Source: Jimgerdemannia flammicorona | Taxonomy: Eukaryota | Reading direction: 5' to 3' | Assembly (NCBI GenBank): GCA_003990765.1 | Contig: RBNJ01000361.1 | Location: forward strand, 1 to 32,245 | Length of the DNA: 32,245 bases | Part shown: positions 11,254 through 23,000 of the stretch, one piece after another | Position numbering within the stretch: the stretch's first letter is position 1 | Layout: each line of letters starts with the position of its first letter | Translations under genes and position numbers: made by a program | The notes under the pieces: generated by a model | What the model saw: only the letters and a program-made list of their open reading frames with translations | The model's database searches: none | What the model was told of the DNA's origin: nothing

Positions 11254-11752
11254 TAACCACCTTCAGACTCTTGTCCTCAGCTCATTTCAATCACTGCCAG
11301 TTCCTCTACCCCAATTCCAGGAAGTCAATGGAAACACTCTCCAGAAGATCCAGATTCATCAAGAGAATCTTGTCCTGACCAGACAATTGCTACAGGTCCA
11401 CCAACTTTAGGCTCATTATGCAATTGGAGAACAATTGCAGAACCTCCCAGTCCCTGAACAGATATACATCAGAAACACTACAGGACTATCAAGAAGAGAT
11501 GTCACTGCTACAGACAGACTTTACACCCTTTATAAATGAAACCCTACAGCCCTGTTACAAGTACAATTCTCCTGATATGATGCATGAGGAATGAACCTAG
11601 CCACCTACCTGAGCATCATCAATGCTGTCGAAATTCTATTCCCAGAAGAAGAAGAAGAACCCTTGGAATGGAGCAACTATGATACAGATGATGAAGATGA
11701 TGGAACAGATATTGATGCAGAAGATGCTTACCCACACTGAGATGATGACTAA
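11237..11752 (+). pseudogene. Extra ORF3 (~171 aa, unknown function, acidic C-terminus) between integrase and PPT
   Basis: The ATG overlaps the integrase end by 17 nt. A single frame runs to TAA 11750-11752 with five internal stops (4 TGA, 1 TAG) and no frameshift: MNQRVDNHLQTLVL...AHYAIGEQL...TGLSRRDVTATDRLYTLYK...FPEEEEEPLEWSNYDTDDEDD. Confidence 0.6.
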
Positions 11753-11779
11753 AGGACAGTCTGAGGACAGACCATCCTT

Positions 11780-11792
11780 TAGTAGGGGCTGA
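11780..11792 (+). other. Polypurine tract
   Basis: TAGTAGGGGCTGA immediately before the TG of the 3' LTR. Confidence 0.65.
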
Positions 11793-13193
11793 TGTGATAT
11801 ACCAAAAATGTATTACCCGAATTATACCTTAGCCAGATGATGTGAACAATTAGTAACTTAGCCAGATGATGTGAACAATTAGTAATTTAGCCAGATGATG
11901 TGAACATACAGCATAGTAATCAGACACAGTAACCATTGCTGTAGAAAAGTGTATAAATAGCCAGACTACCAGACAAGGTATATCTGTACAGGACCTGCAC
12001 ACCTGTGCTGGACCTGCACACTTGTGCTAGACCTGCACAACTTGCCATAAGTAGCAAATCTATAGTTAGCCACATAGCAACCAGATAGTAATCAACTTGA
12101 TTAAATTACTTCAGAGATAAGAGTGAATAAACCTCAGTCCAAAATACAAACCAAAGAAGTCTCTAAAGATTGAGTATGTATTGGTCCCCTTTCCACTCTG
12201 GTCTACTTTCTGATATAAAGCTGATTTTGCTGCCAAGTTCAAGTAATGAACTTCACCCCCTTTGGAATTATTGGTATGCTTGCCAGACTAAGCCTGAAGA
12301 ATCCGAGTTTGTCACCCAAGTTCAAGGAAGAACTTTACTGCCATTTCTAAGTTATCTGCATTCCCAGAAAGCCTAAGAGAAAGCTGCCTTACTCAAGCCA
12401 GTTTCTGATGCAACTTCATAGTGAATTCATTCATACAAATGAAGCCAGTCTTTGATGTAACTTTGCCAAGAGACCCTTTTCCAAAAAGCCGCCAGTTGTT
12501 CATATTCCCAGTTGAAGCTGCTGATTCAGGAAGAATCCGCAACATCTGAGTTATCCATGCTATCTGAGTTATTATTCCCAGAAGAACCCGATTCAGAAGT
12601 ACTCACACCATCTGAATTATTTCCCAGTTGAAGCCACCAATTCAGGAGGAATCCATGATATCTGAGTTATTCGTTGTTCTCAGTGAACCCAAGAAGAATC
12701 TGCCGCCAGTATAATTCCCAGTAAGAAGGATTCCACCAAATTACCAGACCACTCTGCATAAGGAACTCATCCCACTATACAAGACCGTTACCCAGAAATC
12801 CCATAAGGAATCCACTGTGCTACACAGAGATCGTCATGCAGAAATCACATAAGGAGAACCGCTAAATTGCCAGACTGTCACACACAAGGAGATTGTCGCA
12901 CTACACAGAAATCACCTGCTACTCAAGAAGGAAACTGCTCATGCTACACACGAAATTCCACCAATTTCCAGTTGACCCAAGAAGGAAACCCATTCACAAA
13001 TTGCCACTACACCCAGAGAACCATCCCAATTAGGAAATTGACATACAAATCACTTGTAGATATCCAGATTGACTATTATACCACTAAACACCAAGAATAT
13101 TTTGTTGCTTTTAACAAAGTAACTGGGGGCTCAAGTTAAATTACACCAACCCCCAATCTTGTAATTTGCCTCCATTGAGTCAGGCATGTTACA
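11793..13193 (+). repeat. 3' LTR (1401 bp)
   Basis: TGTGATATAC...CAGGCATGTTACA. It has one more 29-bp U3 repeat than the 5' LTR and is followed by TSD ATAC. Confidence 0.95.
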
Positions 13194-13240
13194 ATACTTA
13201 TATAGTTGTATATCTACTACATCATAAAATTAAATCCATG

Positions 13241-13525
13241 ATCTGTATCTGGGTATTCTATTCCTGCTATATCTGGCCATATCTGTATCTGGGTGTTCTG
13301 TTCCTGCTGTATCTGGCTATATCTGTATCTGGGTGTTCTGTTCCTACTGTATCTAACTGTATCTATATCTGTATGTTCCGTTCCTGCTGTATCTGGCCAT
13401 ATCTGTATCTGGGTGTTCTGTTCTTGCTGAATCTGACTGTATCTGTATCTGGGTGTTCTGTTTCTGCTACATATATCTGACTGTATCCATACTGCATGTT
13501 CTGTTCCTGCTATGTCTGGCATCTG
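13241..13525. repeat. 40-bp minisatellite, ~7 units
   Basis: Consensus ATCTGTATCTGGGTGTTCTGTTCCTGCTGTATCTGGCCAT in register from 13241. Confidence 0.9.
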
Positions 13526-13732
13526 GCAACTATAATTTGTATATGGCATCTGGTATCACAAAATTGATATTTAATCTCCTATGTATCTCCATCTCCAACA
13601 TCTTCATCTCCAGATATGGCTTCAACTTATATACATATATATTTATTATCACCATATCCATTATCTCCTCTGGTTCCCTGTTGCCTTTCCTGCCATTGAT
13701 ATGCCTATCTATTAATATACCCATGTCTCTGT

Positions 13733-13980
13733 TTCAATCATATCATCCATATCATCCATCTCAATCATTTGTATTATCTGTCTCGATCATATTGCCTCAA
13801 TTGTCCATCTCAATCATTTGTATCATCTATCTCAATCATATCACCCATCATCCATCTCAATTATATTGTCCATCATCTATCTCAATCATATTATCTGTCT
13901 CAATCATTTGTATCATCTGGTTAATCTCAATTGTATCACTTCAATCATTTATATCATCTGTGGTATTGTCCATCTCAACC
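13733..13980. repeat. Degenerate ~21-bp tandem repeat (ATCTCAATCATwTk core)
   Basis: About ten recurrences of TCTCAATCAT/TCAATTAT with a 21-29 bp spacing. Confidence 0.7.
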
Positions 13981-13998
13981 ATATAGATATAATTCTAG

Positions 13999-15160
13999 AT
14001 TTTCTTACCTTGTACTGGAGGCTTTTTTACCAGCAGTAGAGAATTGTCAGCTTTCAATGCAATTCGATTCTTTGTGAACTAGTATATGCTGATATCTGTA
14101 TCAGTATAATCTGAAGAATTGCTGGAGAATACATCATGATTTCTGGAGAAATTCAATCAGAGAAAAAGAATATTTGAAGATACACCAAGGTGTTCAGCAT
14201 CCCCAAGATTCATGCACTTCAGCATTATGAAAAGCAGATTATGGATTTTGGAACACCAGACAACTTTGATAAAGAATACACTGAGCATCAACATATTACT
14301 GATGCAAACAACCATATCTTCACATCAATAAGTACAATTATATTTCTCAGATGATTCAATATAAGTAGTGAAAAATTACTCTGAAGATGAAGCAGTAATA
14401 TCTGGAGAGTTTGAAACTCTCTAACTCTATTGAAGATATATGCCAGCACTATTCTTTGGGCTCTCAGACAAAAAACTCTCCAATATTTATATCATCAGCA
14501 GATATTTAATATAGTGTAAATCTGGAGCTATATATTTGAAACTTTCTTCACAATCAACTATTTCAAGATGGGAAAGAGAGCCAACATAGAGTAAAGAAGT
14601 GCAATCTTCTAGAGCTGAAAAATCTACAGATATTTAATTTACTATTTAAGCAATAATTATTTATGTTATTATTATTATATAGATTTCAGTTTTTCAGTTA
14701 TTGAACCTTTATATGCCTACTATCTTTGGAGGTAATACAGTCACCCATCATATATGCCAATGCACCTCCAGTTTTCATGAACAGCCACAATATGACTGAA
14801 TAGTACTGAATTAGAGAAAAATCTATTGATGTCTCTGACTTTAATATTGGACAATTGAAATTATTGTTTACATATGAGTATGAGAGTAAAATATTTTATC
14901 TTGCTGGTATTCAGCACTTTAAAATGCTCAGTATACATGATCCAGATACACATATGGTAATGTTAGAATGTACAGAATTATTTGAGGTTGTTCAAATTAG
15001 TAATATGATATATAATGTTCATTTGATTCTATATTTTGACAGTACTTCTACTGCAAGCAATGCTTTAAGGGGAAAAAAGAGATATTTATAGCTTTGAGAA
15101 ATATCTTCTTAATTGCTATAGTGATAGATATGCTTACTTCAAGTTCATAATATTGTAATG
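13999..15160 (+). pseudogene. Plavaka-type DNA transposase, 3' half (copy A), with intron 14630-14682
   Basis: SIPKIHALQHYEKQIMDFGTPDNFDKEYTEHQH and C-terminal CTSSFHEQPQYD...NVHLILYF...KYLLNCYSD. Colinear with copy B. Confidence 0.75.
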
Positions 15161-15959
15161 CACAATGGCTCTCAGGGAGAGATAACTAGTTGCAGTTGAT
15201 GATTTGTTATTGGTGTTTAGTAGATAATTCTAGTGAGTATCAGTGGTAGATTCATCAATAGTTCAACCAGATTGATTCCTAGTTCCCAGTTGAGCAAATT
15301 ACAGGAAGACCCACTCCCAGTCAGAATGACCCCAGCAAAGAGAAATTCAACCCAAATTCGGTACCTGAGTAAAATCAAGTCAAAACCGGAGACTGGTTCC
15401 CACACTTTGATTGAATCGTTCGAGCTCTGTTCGAATCCCATGGACCATCCCTTCAGAACAGAACTTTCCAAGATTCCCAACAACATTCTCACCGAGTTTA
15501 ATGAGATTATGACCCCTTTCCGCAGAGATATACACCAAAACGTCAAGGAGATAACTCAAAATACACTACTGTGAGAAACTAGCCCATATCTGGACAACCA
15601 CCAAAGATCCTCGAGAGAAAACGCCTCCCAAAAATCTCCAGAAACCTCAGCTACAACCTATCCAAAGCTAAAGACCATTCCCCAATCCATTGACAAGTTA
15701 TTCAAGTTCTCCCAAAACTTTGATAAAGACTTTAAGTCCAAATATCTCTACAACCAAGAGATATTTCAAGAAACAGAGATCAGAATAATTTTCTAGCAAT
15801 TTGAGACTATCTCCATGCCAAGTTTCAAGAGGATAGCTCTATTTCTTAGAAATCTCACACTGCCCTCTTTCCATAATAAGGAAATCAGTCAGTATAGAGA
15901 AATCCGGATTTGGTTTGCCCACATTCGGAGTTACTGACCCACAGTATCGGATTGCCGAG

Positions 15960-16243
15960 GCACACAAGCAACCACTCTAATCAAATTTCAATGAATCTAC
16001 CACTGGCACTCACTAGAATTATCCATTAAACACCAAAGCAAATCATCGACCGTAAATATTGTGCATTAAAATATTGTACAGATAATATCTGGAGCTAATT
16101 AAACTTGAAATATGTATATCTGTTACTATAGTAATTAAGAAGATATTTCTCAAAGCTATAGATATCTTTTTTCTTTTTTTCTTTTAGAGAATTGCTTGCA
16201 GTAGAAGAACTATCAAAGTATGAAATCAAATGAACATTACAAT
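15960..16243 (-). mobile_element. 3' end fragment of a Plavaka-type element (copy C), closely related to copy A
   Basis: The reverse complement matches ~15013-15285 (AATGTTCATTTGATT...TACTGCAAGCAAT...TATAGCTTTGAGAAATATCTTCTTAATT...GATAATTCTAGTGAGT..CAGTGGTAGATTCAT). Confidence 0.8.
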
Positions 16244-16306
16244 TGTACTTATAAAACTATGTTTTCTGCAATAAAGTTAATTTTGTGCAAATATCAAAGA
16301 CTTGAT

Positions 16307-18585
16307 TTAAAGACTGTAAAATATCACAAATGCATTCCTGTCACTGTGGATATTTAGCAAGTATTTATCAAAACTATAACAATCTCTTTTCAGTAAAAAC
16401 ATCTCTTGCACTCTGCTGAGTTTCAAAAAGTAGAATAAGGTGAACTTGACACACAATAGTACTAACTTCAATTACTTCATAGCTGTTTGTATGTTCCAGC
16501 ATATATATGCCAGTCTCTTCATCTTGCACTTGAAGTGTTTGGAAGTGTTGAATATAGGCAAGATAGTCCATTAAAAAAAAAAAAAAAAAAAAAAAAATAT
16601 AGGCAAGATAGTGAGTGTTCCCATCACTATTATCAAATTTGAACAGCAATTGAAGCAGACCAAAGCTGAAATCAGAGATCTTAGGCTTTCTCTCACTGTG
16701 CTCAATCTGAGAATTGAATAATACCACCCAATCATAATATGGTTGATTGTAGAAAGATGAGTTGTATCAGCAAATATACTTGATGATTTCTTTATCCCAA
16801 GGATCAGCAGAATGCAGAGTGAGTGTTTTGAATAAGATAACCTAAATGAATATAATATAAAATAACATTTTAATATCTATTTTTAAACAAAAGATGTTTT
16901 AAAATTATCAGTATCTGAGAGTTATTGAGCTCTGGAAGATTTCGCATTTTCACCTGATATCTGCTTCCTTCTCCTTCTGGATACAACTGATTATGAAGAA
17001 AAACTCAAAAATTGACCTCCAGATGATTTAAATCAAATTTCTGGCTTGCAGCAGATATTTCCATTGGACAACATGGAATTCTGGATCCCAAGAGACATTG
17101 ATGTTGATTTTGATTTATAATAGAGATATCAGCTCCAGTCTGTATATTTATAAACTTCAGAAAATTGTACTTAGCATAAATTGCTGATCGACAGTGAATA
17201 TATTTTAGCATCTAAGGTTCTGAATCATGCTTGTTAGTTGCCTTATAGGGTAGGTGTGTGTCTGCAATATGTTGATATTCAGTAGATTCTGTATCAAAGT
17301 TGCCAGGAGTTCCAAATTCTCATATATTCTCTATATAATACTGCATTGTATGTATCTTTGGAATATTTGCAGACCAACCATCAATCATCTGAAATTCATT
17401 CTTAAGCTCATCAAATTCAGCTAAAAGTCTATCAGCATCTGCCAGAGATCTCTCTTCTTGAATTGGTAATGAGATCAACATAAACCAGTTCACAAAAGTA
17501 CAGATAGCTCTAATGGCTTTTAAGGCATTCTTATCATCAAAGAATCCTCAGGAATATGGTAAAAAGATCTGAATTAGTTATGGAAAATATAATATTAATA
17601 TAAATTCAGAGTCTATAATTATTGAAAATAAATAAAATAAAATAATTTATCTTCATAATTTGAGCATATTCACTTACAGTTATATTTTGCATATTACAAA
17701 TACCCTTTGGAAAGATCTTGAGACCTGTAAATTGAGGAACTAGTGCAATTCACCTATCCAGTTCATCCAGATATCTGTTTGCCTCTCAGGGAGCATAAAT
17801 ATGATAAACCAGATCTTCAAACCATTACATTAGATACATCCAAATATCCTTTTTAAGCTGATACAATAGGTCAGACATAATTGTTGAATTGATACTGCTC
17901 CTTGGGACATTTCAGAGTAAATTCTAAGTAAATAAATATATTAATCAGTATTTATTATAATAATTAATATTTAAAATAACTTTTTAAATAATTTATAAAT
18001 ATACCTTTTGATATATTAAACCATATTTTTGACAAAAAGAATCTCCAGATATACCATCTTCTTGTAATTTTGTTACATGTTGATAAATCTTTGATATTTG
18101 ATTTACTGTTTGGTCTTCATATTTTGTCTACAGATTACCAAATTGTTGTTTTGTTGCCAGACACCAAGGATAAGTATAGTTCTGACATATAAGAGTCAGT
18201 TTGTAGGATTCTGGATAATCCACCTGAAAGGCCATGAGAACTGGAAAACACCAGTGAGTTTTGCCATCAGGGCTTTTCCATAAACATCCTCTAAAATTAT
18301 AGTTAAGAGAACAATTTTAATATTATAATTTAGATAAATAATTATATTAGTAGTAATTAAGTTAATATTACCTTTTTTATATATCATCTAGACATTTAAA
18401 TATTTTCTTCATACATTTATGATATAAGGACTTCTTGGTCTGTGCAAAGTATTCAGTATGTTCTTCTCTTCCAGTAGGCTTGAGAGATAGAAAATATCTG
18501 ATAAGAACATAGTCAGGCTGTTGATAATTTTGATGTAGCCTTCTAGGAAGATTTCCAATACTGAGATATAATGGATAGCATGTTA
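16307..18585 (-). pseudogene. Plavaka-type DNA transposase (copy B), 5'-truncated, four AT-rich introns (18291-18371, 17924-18004, 17569-17650, 16842-16914)
   Basis: YPLYLSIGNLP, LYHKCM, DGKTHWCFPVLMAFQVDYPE, DLLYQLKK, VPQFTGLKIFPKG, NIPKIHTMQYY..EFGTPGNFDTESTEYQH. Removing the introns restores the frame at the junctions checked. Confidence 0.85.
16551..16612 (+). mobile_element. Ultra-short TPRT (LINE-mediated) insertion: CCATT plus poly(A), with a 17-bp TSD
   Basis: AATATAGGCAAGATAGT at 16551-16567 and 16596-16612 flanks CCATT-A23. Confidence 0.9.
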
Positions 18586-20052
18586 CTAACTCATCCCAAT
18601 CCTCCTCCAGCACATCCTACAATTTAGCATCTCCTCTAGCCCCCCCTAGTACCCCATACTGAGGGCACTCCTTCTCTGCCATCTCTGCATCATCTATAAT
18701 GACACTCAGCTCTGTGCCTTCCCCCCCCTCCTGGGGTCCCTTCTGGTACTACTTCCTTCTCTCCTGCCCAGGCACTCACTCTCAATCTAGCTTCTTCAGT
18801 AGTGGTCTCTCCAGCTGCCCCACCCCCTAACTTAGCCAACAGATTCTTCTGAATGTGCCTCCCCTGCACTCTCTCCTAGGCTGCCTGATCCATCACACCT
18901 TCTTACTATTTACAATCTCTACAACCATCTTGGCCTCAAACTCCTTCCAGGCCAATCTCCTCCTCTCTATAGCTTTAGCTAGATCCTCTAATACCTTTAG
19001 CAAGTCCTCTTCTTCCTCCAGTATCCCTTTCACTCTTGAGACCTTGCACTCCACAGGTCCTCATTTGAGAACTACCAGCCAGTCCCTCACCTTCTCTATA
19101 TTCTCCTTGTCTATCAGCCACACCCTGATGTCCATATCTCCTGTCCTTAATTCTGTACCTTCTCAGATCCAAAACCCAATATCTATAATATTTCTATACT
19201 CCTTAATGACCTCTACAATCAACCCTCTGGCCATTTCCTTCAACACTATAGGAATATCCAGTACTGTCAGTTATACTACTCAGAGATCTCAGTATAAGCA
19301 CTGGATCATAGAGATCACTACCCCCCCTCTCTTCTTTATTGCTTTCAACAGTATATCCTCCTTCTCAAAGCCTATGTATCTCCACCCCTTCCAGACCCTT
19401 CAAAAACTTCACTAATGCTGCTCTCTTCACCTTCTGGATCAGAAGCCCTAGAATTATCCTTACCATTACTGCCAAGCCTTAGAAATATAATATGATAGTG
19501 AATTCTGACCTTAATTTCTTAAGTAATAGTGCTGTCACCAGGTCTGTTACACTATCTGTTAGATCTCTAGGCCTCATTCCCACCCCCTGTCCAGATCCAC
19601 CATCAACCATTACATTTGGATTTTTTTCCAGATTAGCAGTTTTCTTACTATTAGCAGTCCTGCTCCCCCAAGCCACTACTCCCCCAGCCCTGCTACTCTC
19701 ACCACTATGGGCCACTCTACTAGACCCTGCAGCCCTTGCCATCTCCTTGCCCTTCCTCAGTCTAGTCATCAGACAACCTCCCTTCACCTTGTCTGTGAAG
19801 CTTATCCTTTCAGTTCTCTATCCTCCAGCACTGCCTCCTCCTCTTCTATATCCTCCAGCCAGCAAGTTCCACTTGCTTCTCTCCAAGCCATGACTCCTCC
19901 CCATATACTGCCAGTCAAACACACTAAGGCTGCTCTGCCCAGTATATATCTCAGAATACTCATTAGTTGCTATATTACTAGTGCCTATTCTCCAAAAATG
20001 ATATCTTGAGTATTGCTAAAAGTTTATAACCTGAATATTACTAGAGAAAGGT
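18586..20052 (-). mobile_element. L1/Tx1-like LINE copy 2: 5' UTR plus most of ORF1, 3'-truncated and decayed
   Basis: Colinear with ORF1 at 28482-29900 (KNPNVMVDGGSGQGVGMRPRDL..LLLKKLRSEF vs KNPDVTAVGNSGLGVGTRPGDL..LLLKKSRSEF). 5' motif at ~20024-20050; the ATG has decayed to ATA at 19973. Confidence 0.9.
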
Positions 20053-20054
20053 CA

Positions 20055-23000
20055 TGGTTAAAATATGGATACTGTTGCTATTATAATAGTAGGCATGAAG
20101 TGAGCTTGTTTGCTAAGATAATCTATAAAGACAATAATTATATCTTTTTTATTCTTAGTTCAGAGTACTTATATAATGAAGTCTATAGAAATTTATTTCT
20201 AATTAGCAGATAGTACTAGAATAGAGTAGAGTAGTCTAGGTTTTGCTAGAGTTGAGGACTTGTTAGATTAGTAGACATTATAATAAGTAATGTAGGTCTT
20301 TAACTAATCTATCATATAGGGTTAAGAGAAGTTTTGGAAAATAACTTTATAGCATTTATCAAATCCTAGATGTCTAGCTATAGGGACATTATGATATTTG
20401 AATAGGTTAGTTCTTCAGAGGTCTCAGTTATTAGGAATATATAATTTATTCTTATAGTAGATAGTCTTATCCTTCAATTGGTATTGATAGTACCTAGAGT
20501 ATTTGTTGATATCATCACTATTCAGGATTTCTTGAAGTATTTAAGCTTATTTATCATTAGTGTATACTGGAATAATTTGTTTTATGATAGAATTGATATC
20601 CTGGGTGAGAGTTTGTATAACTTCTCTGATTAGTAGTCTAGAGATAGTATCATTAATAACATTTTTCTTACTAGAGTAAATAGTTAAAATTGGTAAGAAC
20701 TTTCATCTATTGAGCTTTCCTTTAGGAAAGGATAGCCTGGGTCTTAATATTGATCATTGATTTGTAGTCTGTTAATATGGTTAAATATACTTCTTTAAGA
20801 TATGACTGCTATTTAATCAGAGTATCTACAATGGCTAATATTTTCTTCTTGTGAGTAGTATAGTTGATTTCAGCATTATTGAACTTATAAGAAAAATAGG
20901 CCACAAGATGTCCTTCTTATATAAGTACTTTTGTAAGAGCTAGGTCAGAGATATTAGTATAATAGAACAAGATTCACTACTTGAAGTACTGAAGTAGTTA
21001 TCAGGATATCTTTTAAGGCTTAAAAAGCTATATCTTGTTTTAGTCTCTATTTAATGAGATTGTTGAAGTTCTTTTCTTACTTTACAGTTTAGAATTGTTT
21101 TTCTTTTTTACCATACTTAGTTAGTTGGATAAGTGTAATAGCAATTTTAACAAAGTTCCCAACAAATTATTTATAATAATTTACTAATATTAGAATTGAC
21201 TGAGAGTCTTTCAGCCTTTTGGGTCTAGACTATTTCTTAATTATGGAGATTTTTCTAGAATTTACTTTGATTCTATTAAGAGTAACAATATATTCAAGAA
21301 ATTGATTTTTCTTCAGAAGAAATCTATATTTGTAGAGTTTTATAAAGAGTTGGTTTTCTTGAAGGTTCAGAGGTACTAGTTTAAGATATTTAAGATATTT
21401 CTCTAGGGTTTTACTGAAGACTAGAATATCATCAATATAGATGATAACAAATTTGTCTAGATATAGGTATAAGATAGCATTCATTAGAGTCTGGAAGGTT
21501 ATAGGAGTATTAGTTAAGTCAAAGGCCATAACCAAGAACTCAAAATATCCATAGTGAGTTCAGAAGATAATTTTGTAAATATCTTCTTCTTTTATGGTAA
21601 TTTGCCAGTAGCTATTTGTAAATCAAAAGAGCTCATAAACTATAAATTAGTTAGCCTATCAAATATTTCATTAACTTGAGATAGTGGATAACAGTTCTTA
21701 ATAGTCTGCTCATTGAGGTCTCAGTAATTAATATATATTCAGAGGTCTTCTCCTTTCTTGAAGACAAAGAGAATTGGTATACCATGGTAATAAATTAGGT
21801 CTAATGAATTCTTGTTCTAGAAGTTCATCAATCTCTTTCATTAGTATATCAATTTCTCTAAGAGACATATGATAGATTGACTTGAAGGCTAGTTTAACAT
21901 CTGATAAGGTCTTGATTGTATAGTCAACTACTTATTTAGATGATAGGCCTTTCAGAAGTTTCTTTGAGAATATATCTTAAAATTTCTAGAGTAAGGGTCT
22001 GATATAACTATTAACTTTGGAAAAGTCTTCTTCAAAGTTCTCAGGTTCTCCTTTGGATAGATATATGGATATAATAAAGAGAGATCATTTCTTTGTTAAT
22101 TTCTTGAGTTATAGTTTATTATTATAAGTGATCTTTAGACTAAAGTTACTAGAGTTGAGTGGTTTTCTTTCATCTTATAGTTTGAAACTATAGTATTCTT
22201 TCTTAATGATCAAAGAATAATTCACCCAATCTATCATAAGGTTTTCTTAATTTAATCATAGTATCTCAAGAATAATTCTATTATCTAAGAGTGGTATAAT
22301 TTAGAAAGTTATATGTACTTGGTAGTTACCAATTCTGAAGAGTAGATTGCAGACTTCTTTGCTAATGATATGAGAGATTCTATTAGTAGTAGTAACTACT
22401 TATATTTGTTATACTAGAGAGATCAGAACTTTAAGTCTGTTGGCTGTTTCTTTATTAATAAAATTGCCTGAGGCACCACTGTCTATTACAATTTTAATAA
22501 AGGCTCAATTAATAAAAGCTTGTAGAGTAAGCAGTTTATCTAATCTAATAGTAGTGATTTCAGTTATAAGAGACTTTCTTCTATTGGCTCTTTATTGGGC
22601 TAACTCATTGATATAAGAGAGGTAATTATCAATTATTTAGAAAGAGTACATTCTAATGTTATGAGAGCATTAGCTGTTAGATACAAATCCATCTTTGATC
22701 TTTCTGTAGAATTGTTTCTCCTTATTTATAGTAGGTTGGGCTGGAGCTTTGGTTGATGAGCTAAATTCTTTGAATCCTCAGATGGTAGGTAGTAGTTCAG
22801 AGACTTTCTTAATAGTCAGAGTAGATTTGATTTTCTCAAATAGGATCTGGATAATATAGTAACTAATAGGGATCTTAAATAGTGTCCAACTATAGTTCCT
22901 GATGAGAACAATAATTTTATCAGTATAATCTTCATCAATGACTTCTTCTTTTACTAAGAGTTCTTTTAATTCTAGACTGCTGCAATAATATATCCTTCTA

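Larger units (their letters stand above)
2941..13193 (+). mobile_element. Full-length degenerate Ty3/gypsy LTR retrotransposon carrying dUTPase and an extra 3' ORF
   Basis: Two direct LTRs (TGTGACA...TTATA and TGTGATA...TGTTACA), 4-bp TSD ATAC (2937-2940, 13194-13197), PBS, PPT, and domain order gag-PR-dUTPase-RT-RH-IN. Confidence 0.96.

Noticed and set aside
11237..11752. env gene or chromodomain
   Set aside because: Too short for env, with no signal peptide or TM helix; no chromodomain aromatic-cage pattern after the integrase.
13241..13525. CRISPR-like array
   Set aside because: The units are contiguous with no unique spacers, there are no cas genes and the context is eukaryotic; it is a minisatellite.
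13166..14039. Hydrophobic or repetitive ORFs (104, 110, 177 and 73 aa)
   Set aside because: They are translations of tandem repeats whose 40-bp unit is not a multiple of 3; no domain signal.
15233..15574. 113-aa and 109-aa ORFs in the inverted-repeat spacer as a cargo gene
   Set aside because: Non-ATG or weak starts, overlap with non-coding TE 3' homology, and no motifs; unsupported.
16374..16727. Poly-Phe membrane protein
   Set aside because: The poly-F is the antisense reading of the poly(A) insertion inside a transposase relic.
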